A stretch of 64,000 nucleotides of DNA from Verrucomicrobiia bacterium. Lineage in GTDB: Bacteria; Verrucomicrobiota; Verrucomicrobiia; Limisphaerales; UBA11358. Under the pieces are notes generated by a model that saw nothing but the letters and a program-made list of their open reading frames with translations, made no database searches and had not been told where the DNA came from. Positions 63,831 through 64,000 of this stretch are shown here, piece after piece (position 1 is the stretch's first letter; each line of letters begins with the position of its first letter). A program made the translations under genes and the position numbers. The stretch covers positions 188,521 through 252,520 of the forward strand of contig DASZXH010000053.1 in assembly GCA_035545995.1 (NCBI GenBank), read 5' to 3'.

Positions 63831-64000
63831 GACTTCACACTTTTTGGGTACAATGTCGAGCTGGTCAATTGAAGTCAAAAAACATTTGACAACGAGGAAT
63901 CATTGTGGATAATAACGACATATTAAGTCGTTATTTTAATTCGCGACATAATTTTGAAGAACATTAATTTTAAAATTATTGGTGATTATTAAGACAGCAG

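Noticed and set aside
63911-63935. Inverted repeat aataacgac-N7-gtcgttatt in the AT-rich right edge
   Set aside because: It could be a terminator or an operator, but it is too close to the window end and has no gene context to interpret.

Overview
The window looks like a PVC-type genome (Verrucomicrobiota/Planctomycetota-like). This is an inference from PEP-CTERM anchors, a DUF1559/H-X9-DG prepilin-like gene, MBG-repeat adhesin-like proteins and dense secreted glycoside hydrolases. From left to right: (1) 1-11.3 kb holds an amino-sugar/chitosan-type cluster: a GH18-like gene, a GH2 glucosaminidase-like gene, an atypical LuxR regulator, nagB and a decayed GH20 gene. It also holds two secreted LamG/PEP-CTERM proteins that share a duplicated leader around an orphan IS66 TnpA-like ORF. 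(2) 11.4-12.8 kb is a decay zone with a conjugative relaxase-helicase fragment, tRNA-Pro(UGG) and a truncated tyrosine integrase. (3) 12.8-53.8 kb is a large glycan-degradation region. Its enzymes are GH3, GH9-like, GH31 YicI-like, GH29 fused to an isochorismatase-like domain, two GH2-like genes, three clan GH-A enzymes and an alpha/beta-hydrolase. A 1223-aa modular wall protein, a fucose-type catabolic operon (AraC, FucU, dehydrogenases, MFS), gntK and a HisKA_3 kinase/NarL regulator pair sit with them. Eight of these genes, plus one weaker case at 3.5 kb, are preceded by the same ~65-nt conserved box, which I cannot assign to any known element. (4) The 3' end of tRNA-Pro is repeated at 54.65 kb and, degenerate, at 63.79 kb. 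Each repeat closes a 294-nt module that carries an integrase-tail-like reading frame. The modules tightly bracket a 9.1-kb block of nine genes, all on the minus strand: ndh, a family-1 encapsulin with its DyP cargo, SDR, cls, a DUF1737-like ORF, MerR, fdh and LysR. No CRISPR array or rRNA was seen. All family assignments come from motif reading by eye, with no database search.
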